From Gemmatimonadota bacterium (GTDB lineage: Bacteria; Gemmatimonadota; Gemmatimonadetes; Longimicrobiales; Gaopeijiaceae), in contig RFGQ01000297.1 in the NCBI GenBank assembly GCA_003695865.1, positions 1 to 27,688 of the forward strand: 27,688 nt of DNA. The letters are read 5' to 3'. Position numbers and translations under genes: made by a program. A model generated the notes under the pieces. That model saw nothing but the letters and a program-made list of their open reading frames with translations. It was not told the origin of the DNA and searched no databases. Shown here piece after piece: positions 23,373-27,688 of this stretch (the stretch's first letter is position 1; every line of letters begins with the position of its first letter).

Positions 23373-25037
23373 ATGACCGACTTGTTCGGCGCCCGACGCT
23401 CCGCGCTGGTCCTCGCGCTCGCTGTGGCGAGCGCGATGCCGGGCCGGGCCAGGGCACAGTTCGACGAACCTCCCCCTCCGCCGGCGTACGCCCTTACGAA
23501 CGTGACCGTGGTTCATGCCGACGGTCGCCGTGAGGAGGGCGTGACCCTGGTGGTGCGGGGGGGAATGGTCGAGACTCTGCGGGCCGGGGCGGACGTGCCG
23601 GCCGATGCGCTGCAGCTCGAAGGTGATTCGCTGTGGGTGTACCCCGGTCTGGTCGACGCGCAGGGAAGCGCCGAGGTCGCGTTTCCCGAGGTTGAGCGCC
23701 CTGACGGCGCCGTGCCCTGGAACGCGCCGCGCGCGGTGCAGGGGCTGCTCGCCCACCGGCGCGTGGCGGATCACTTGGCGGCGACGGGTGAGGACGGCGC
23801 CGACCAGCGCAAGAAGGGCGTGGTCGCCGCCGGGATTCATGCCGAGGGTTCGCTGGCGGCCGGCCGCGCGGCGGCGATCGTGTGGCGGCCCGACGCGGCC
23901 ACCCCGTGGGAGCTGATCGGCGACGAGGTGGTGGGTCTGGACATGTCGTTCCGCGGAGCGCGCGGGGCCTACCCCGGCACCCTCTTCGCGGTGATCGCCT
24001 ACATCCGCCAGGCCTTCGAGGACGCGAACCGCGAGGGCCGTATCCAGGCCGCATACGCGCGCGACCCCAAGGGCCTCGCACCGCCGAGATGGGATCCGGA
24101 TTACGCCGTGCTGCGCGAGGTCGTCGCGGGGGCGTATCCGGTCTTCTTCGCGGCCGACGAGGCCGAGGACATCCGGCGCGTGCTGGGGCTCGCCGACGAG
24201 TTCGGTTTCCGCCCCGTGATCGTGGGTGGCGAGGAAGCGTGGAAGGTGGCCGGCGACCTGGCTCGGCGGAACGTGCCCGTGCTGGTGAACGGCGACTTCC
24301 CCAAGCCGAGCGACTGGGATCCGAAAGCCGAGGATCAGGAGAACCTCGAGCCCGCTGCTGCGCGCGAGAAGAAGCGCGTCGAGGCGGCCTGGTCGAACCC
24401 GGCGCGCCTGGCGGAAGCGGGCGTCCGGTTCGCCATCACAAGTGGCGGCGGCAAGGCCGATCTTCGCGACGCTGCCCGCAAGGCGATCGAGTACGGGCTC
24501 TCCGAGGAGGCCGCGCTCCGGGCGATCACCACCACACCGGCCGAACTGCTCGGCCTGCCCAACGTGCCCCGCGTGGGGAAAGACCTGACCGCCACGTTCG
24601 TGGTGATGGACGGCCCCATCTTCGACGAGGGCACGAACGTGAACTACACGTTCGTGGAGGGCGGGCTCGAGCGGGGCAAGAAGCCCGGCGCGAAGAACGG
24701 AGGCGGCGGGGCGGCCGCCGCGGTGAACGTGAGCGGCGCGTGGATCCTGTCGGTGGAAGCCGGCGGCGCGCAGTTCGACTTCGAGGCGACCTTCACCCAG
24801 GCGCCTGACGGCAGCTTCACCGGCTCGGCGTCGAATCCCGATGCGGGCGACGCCACCGTGAGCGGGTCCGTCTCGGGGAACAGCATCTCGTTGACGCTCT
24901 CGCTCGACGCAGGTGGACAGAGCGTCGAACTCACAGCGTCGGGGACCGTGGAGGGCGACACGATGAGCGGCAGCGGCGAGAGCCCCTTCGGGGAGTTCTC
25001 ATTCACCGGCCGCCGCAAGCCGGGGGGTGCGCGATGA
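23373..25037 (+). CDS. Secreted amidohydrolase-superfamily protein lacking metal ligands, with a C-terminal all-beta domain
   Basis: Signal peptide ending ARA-Q; YPGLVDAQG where the family has PG.ID.HxH; ALRAITTTPAELLG; C-terminal VNVSGAWILS...FTGRRK beta-strand domain after a Gly/Ala linker. Confidence 0.82.
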   Translation: MTDLFGARRSALVLALAVASAMPGRARAQFDEPPPPPAYALTNVTVVHADGRREEGVTLVVRGGMVETLRAGADVPADALQLEGDSLWVYPGLVDAQGSAEVAFPEVERPDGAVPWNAPRAVQGLLAHRRVADHLAATGEDGADQRKKGVVAAGIHAEGSLAAGRAAAIVWRPDAATPWELIGDEVVGLDMSFRGARGAYPGTLFAVIAYIRQAFEDANREGRIQAAYARDPKGLAPPRWDPDYAVLREVVAGAYPVFFAADEAEDIRRVLGLADEFGFRPVIVGGEEAWKVAGDLARRNVPVLVNGDFPKPSDWDPKAEDQENLEPAAAREKKRVEAAWSNPARLAEAGVRFAITSGGGKADLRDAARKAIEYGLSEEAALRAITTTPAELLGLPNVPRVGKDLTATFVVMDGPIFDEGTNVNYTFVEGGLERGKKPGAKNGGGGAAAAVNVSGAWILSVEAGGAQFDFEATFTQAPDGSFTGSASNPDAGDATVSGSVSGNSISLTLSLDAGGQSVELTASGTVEGDTMSGSGESPFGEFSFTGRRKPGGAR

Positions 25038-27688
25038 GGAGCGTGGCTATGAGCAGAGGGCGGCTCGGGTCGCTGGCGGCGGCCCTGGCGGTTGCGGCGG
25101 TGTTGGCTGCGCCCGCGCAGGCGCAGCAGCGTCCGGCCTACGACGTACAGCTTCCCGAGGGGGCGGGCACGTACCCCACGGGAGACCTGTTCATTCGGAA
25201 CCTCGACACGATCTGGACGGCGGCCGGGGATCCGATCGCCGGCGGCTCGATCCTGATCCGCGACGGTGTCATCCGGCGGATCGGTGTGGGTATCCCTGCC
25301 CCGGCCGGCGTACCCGTGGTGGACGGCGCGGGGCTGCAGGCGATGCCCGGGATCGTCGACGAGCACTCGCACATCGCCATGGCGGCGACCAACGAAGGCT
25401 CCTCGCCGATCGTGCCCGAAGTGCGGGTGCTCGACGCGCTCGATCCCACCAGCTTCGGGATCTATCAGGCGCTGTCGGGTGGCGTGACCACCGCGCGCAT
25501 CATGCACGGGAGCGCCAACCCGATCGGTGGCCAGAGCGCGGTGATCAAGACGCGCTGGGGCATGGAGCGCAGCGACCAGCTTCTGGTGCCCGGCGCGCCG
25601 CGCTTCGTGAAGTTCGCGCTCGGCGAGAACGTCACGCGCAAGGGCTCGCCGCAGGGGCGGAACAGCCGCTTCCCGCGCTCGCGGGCCGGCGTCGAGGCCA
25701 TCTACGTCGAGGCGTTCACGGCGGCGCAGCGCTACAAGGAGGTCTGGGACCACTACCGCGAGGACCCCGACGACTTCCGTGTACCTCCGCGCAAGGATCT
25801 GCGAATGGAGGCCCTGGTCGACATCATGGAGGGGCGCATTCGCATCCACGCCCACTCGTACCGGGCCGACGAGATCCTCATGCTGATGCGGGTCGCCGAG
25901 CGCTTCGGCTTCAAGATCGACGTGTTCACGCACGTGCTCGAGGGATACCGGGTGGCGTCCGAGATGGCGAAGCACGGTGCGGCCGGGGCCACCTTCTCGG
26001 ACTGGTGGCAGTACAAGCGCGAGGCGTTCGACGCGACGCCGTACAACGCGGCGATCATGTCGCAGCACGGTGTGCTCACGGCGATCAACTCCGACATCCC
26101 GTGGCTGCAGTCGTTCATGCACCTCGAGATCCCCAAGCCGGTCAAGTACGGCGGCGTGTCGAAGCTTGAAGCGTTGCGCATGCTGACGCTGAATCCGGCC
26201 AGGATGATGTACATCGACGACAAGGTCGGCTCGCTCGAAGAGGGCAAGCAGGCCGACGTCGTCCTGTTGTCGGGCTCGCCGTTCGACAGCTACTCGCGGG
26301 TCGAGAAGACCATCGTCGACGGCATCGTGTACTACGACCTCTCGCGCGAGGCCGAGACCCGCAACGAGCCCTTCCGGCCCGTCGTCACGCCCGACGTGAC
26401 GCCGATCAGCCCGTCGCCCATCATGGGCGAGCCGGGCGCGGGAGGACCGTCCACCGAAGAGGCGGCGCGTCCGGGCGGCCCCGCCGACCCCTATGCAGCG
26501 TGGGTTTCTCCGACCCGCCCGGTGGAACGGTCGTCGGCCGACCAGGAGGCCGTGGTCGCCCTGGTGGGCGGCACGGTGCACCCGGTGAGCGCGCCCGCCA
26601 TCGACAACGGCGTGGTCGTCATCCGCGGCGGCCGCATCGAGGCCGTGGGCGCCGCAGGCTCGGTCGAGGTGCCGGCCGGGGCGCGCCGGGTCGACGTGAG
26701 CGGTAAGCACGTCTACCCCGGCATGATCGACCCGCTCACGACGATCGGGCTGTTCGAGTTCGGGCAGGTCGGCCAGGCCACGGACCAGTCCGAGCTCGGG
26801 AGCTACAACCCGCACATCCGTGCACTCCCGGCCGTCAACCCGTACTACCCGAGCCTCAACGTGGCGCGGGCGAACGGCATCACGTCGGTGCTCACGTCGC
26901 AGGTTTCGGGCGTGATCCAGGGCACGGCCGCGGTGATCCAGTTCAACGACGGGGACACCTGGGAGAAGGTGGCGCTCGATCCCGACGCGGCGCTGATGGT
27001 GGCCTTCCCGGCTGCGCGCAATCGTCCCAAGAGCGCCAAGGAGGACGAAGCGCCGAAGCTCACCGGCACTCGTATGGAGGACCTGGTCGCCTTCTTCCGG
27101 CGGGCGCGTATGTACGTGGCCGAGCCCACCACGGCGGACGATCCTACGCGCCGTTTCGAGGCGCAGGTGTGGGGCGACGAGAAGGTGCTGCTCGACGCCA
27201 TGGTGCCCGCCATGACGGGCGAGATGCCGGTCTTCTTCAGGGCCGATTCGGAGTGGCAGATCCGGACCCTGTTCGTGTTTGCCGACTCCTTCCCCGAGAT
27301 CCGGCCGGTGGTGGTGGGTGGCACCGAGGCCTGGAAGGTGGCCGACGAGTTGGCCGAGCGCGGTATGCCGGTGATCATCACGTCGGCCTATTCGCCCACG
27401 AGTGACCGCGACGAGTCGATCACGGCAAACTATCGGAATGCCGCGGTGCTCGAGGCCGCGGGAGTACTGTTCGCGTTCGGGACGGGCTCGGACGCGGACG
27501 TGCGCAACCTGCCCTACCATGCGGCCCACTCGGTCGCGTTCGGGTTGGACCGCGACGCGGCCCTGCAGGCGGTGACGCTGAACACGGCCCGCATCCTCGG
27601 GATCGACGCGGGCAGCCTCGAGCCGGGGAAGCGGGCCGACGTGATCGTGACCGACGGTGATCCGCTGCAGATCCTCACCCACGTGGAG
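25034..27688 (+). CDS. Secreted tandem amidohydrolase (intact N-terminal barrel plus degenerate C-terminal barrel), 3'-truncated by the window
   Basis: Not in the track because there is no stop. ATG 25034 overlaps the upstream TGA and the frame is open for 885 codons to the window end. Signal peptide ending AQA-Q. Domain 1: PGIVDEHSH, HAHSY, THVLEG, NSD. Pro-rich linker at about 26360-26540. Domain 2: YPGMIDPLTT...EPGKRAD. Confidence 0.9.
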   Translation, partial: MRSVAMSRGRLGSLAAALAVAAVLAAPAQAQQRPAYDVQLPEGAGTYPTGDLFIRNLDTIWTAAGDPIAGGSILIRDGVIRRIGVGIPAPAGVPVVDGAGLQAMPGIVDEHSHIAMAATNEGSSPIVPEVRVLDALDPTSFGIYQALSGGVTTARIMHGSANPIGGQSAVIKTRWGMERSDQLLVPGAPRFVKFALGENVTRKGSPQGRNSRFPRSRAGVEAIYVEAFTAAQRYKEVWDHYREDPDDFRVPPRKDLRMEALVDIMEGRIRIHAHSYRADEILMLMRVAERFGFKIDVFTHVLEGYRVASEMAKHGAAGATFSDWWQYKREAFDATPYNAAIMSQHGVLTAINSDIPWLQSFMHLEIPKPVKYGGVSKLEALRMLTLNPARMMYIDDKVGSLEEGKQADVVLLSGSPFDSYSRVEKTIVDGIVYYDLSREAETRNEPFRPVVTPDVTPISPSPIMGEPGAGGPSTEEAARPGGPADPYAAWVSPTRPVERSSADQEAVVALVGGTVHPVSAPAIDNGVVVIRGGRIEAVGAAGSVEVPAGARRVDVSGKHVYPGMIDPLTTIGLFEFGQVGQATDQSELGSYNPHIRALPAVNPYYPSLNVARANGITSVLTSQVSGVIQGTAAVIQFNDGDTWEKVALDPDAALMVAFPAARNRPKSAKEDEAPKLTGTRMEDLVAFFRRARMYVAEPTTADDPTRRFEAQVWGDEKVLLDAMVPAMTGEMPVFFRADSEWQIRTLFVFADSFPEIRPVVVGGTEAWKVADELAERGMPVIITSAYSPTSDRDESITANYRNAAVLEAAGVLFAFGTGSDADVRNLPYHAAHSVAFGLDRDAALQAVTLNTARILGIDAGSLEPGKRADVIVTDGDPLQILTHVE

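Noticed and set aside
91-27405. The many other overlapping track ORFs (e.g. 151-1329, 1354-2880, 2769-4088, 5890-7443, 10284-11579, 14668-15843, 19186-20532, 25027-26169)
   Set aside because: Off-frame or antisense to motif-supported genes, with Arg/Pro/Ala-rich composition.
24644-27682. 1012-aa - strand ORF in the track
   Set aside because: Antisense shadow of the + strand amidohydrolase genes; Arg/Gly/His-rich with no motifs, as expected in high-GC DNA.
1-27688. CRISPR arrays, tRNA/rRNA/tmRNA/SRP/RNase P, prophage or defence genes
   Set aside because: No regularly spaced repeats, cloverleafs, diagnostic RNA motifs or mobile-element proteins were seen.

Overview
A GC-rich bacterial chromosomal window. 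Gene content and protein style suggest Gemmatimonadota, but that is inference. It holds about 22 CDS, and I found no rRNA, tRNA, CRISPR array, transposase or integrase. Left to right: a degenerate SbcC/Rad50-like protein that keeps its zinc hook but has lost every ATPase motif; a DUF2723 GT-C glycosyltransferase coupled to a hydantoinase/oxoprolinase A subunit; trpE; a lower-GC two-gene cassette (ECF sigma plus a 721-aa zinc anti-sigma/TM/TlpA-like CxxS fusion); an M20 dipeptidase; an envelope-stress neighbourhood (a perfect TGAAAC-N16-CGTA ECF promoter in front of a structured, ~190-nt probable sRNA, a GlsB/YeaQ protein, and an ECF sigma-pspA operon with no anti-sigma); an orphan TPP-dependent E1-alpha; a structured intergenic element; a V4R protein; a ctaA-DUF420-EamA-CoA-binding cluster; an acyl-CoA dehydrogenase; a patatin; and a secreted amidohydrolase operon with one intact and two metal-site-dead barrels. 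The last ORF runs off the window and is missing from the supplied track. The best novelty candidates are the ATPase-dead hook-bearing SbcC paralogue, the ECF-promoter sRNA with the sigma-PspA module, and the anti-sigma-redoxin fusion cassette. All family calls come from motif recognition by eye; no searches were run.
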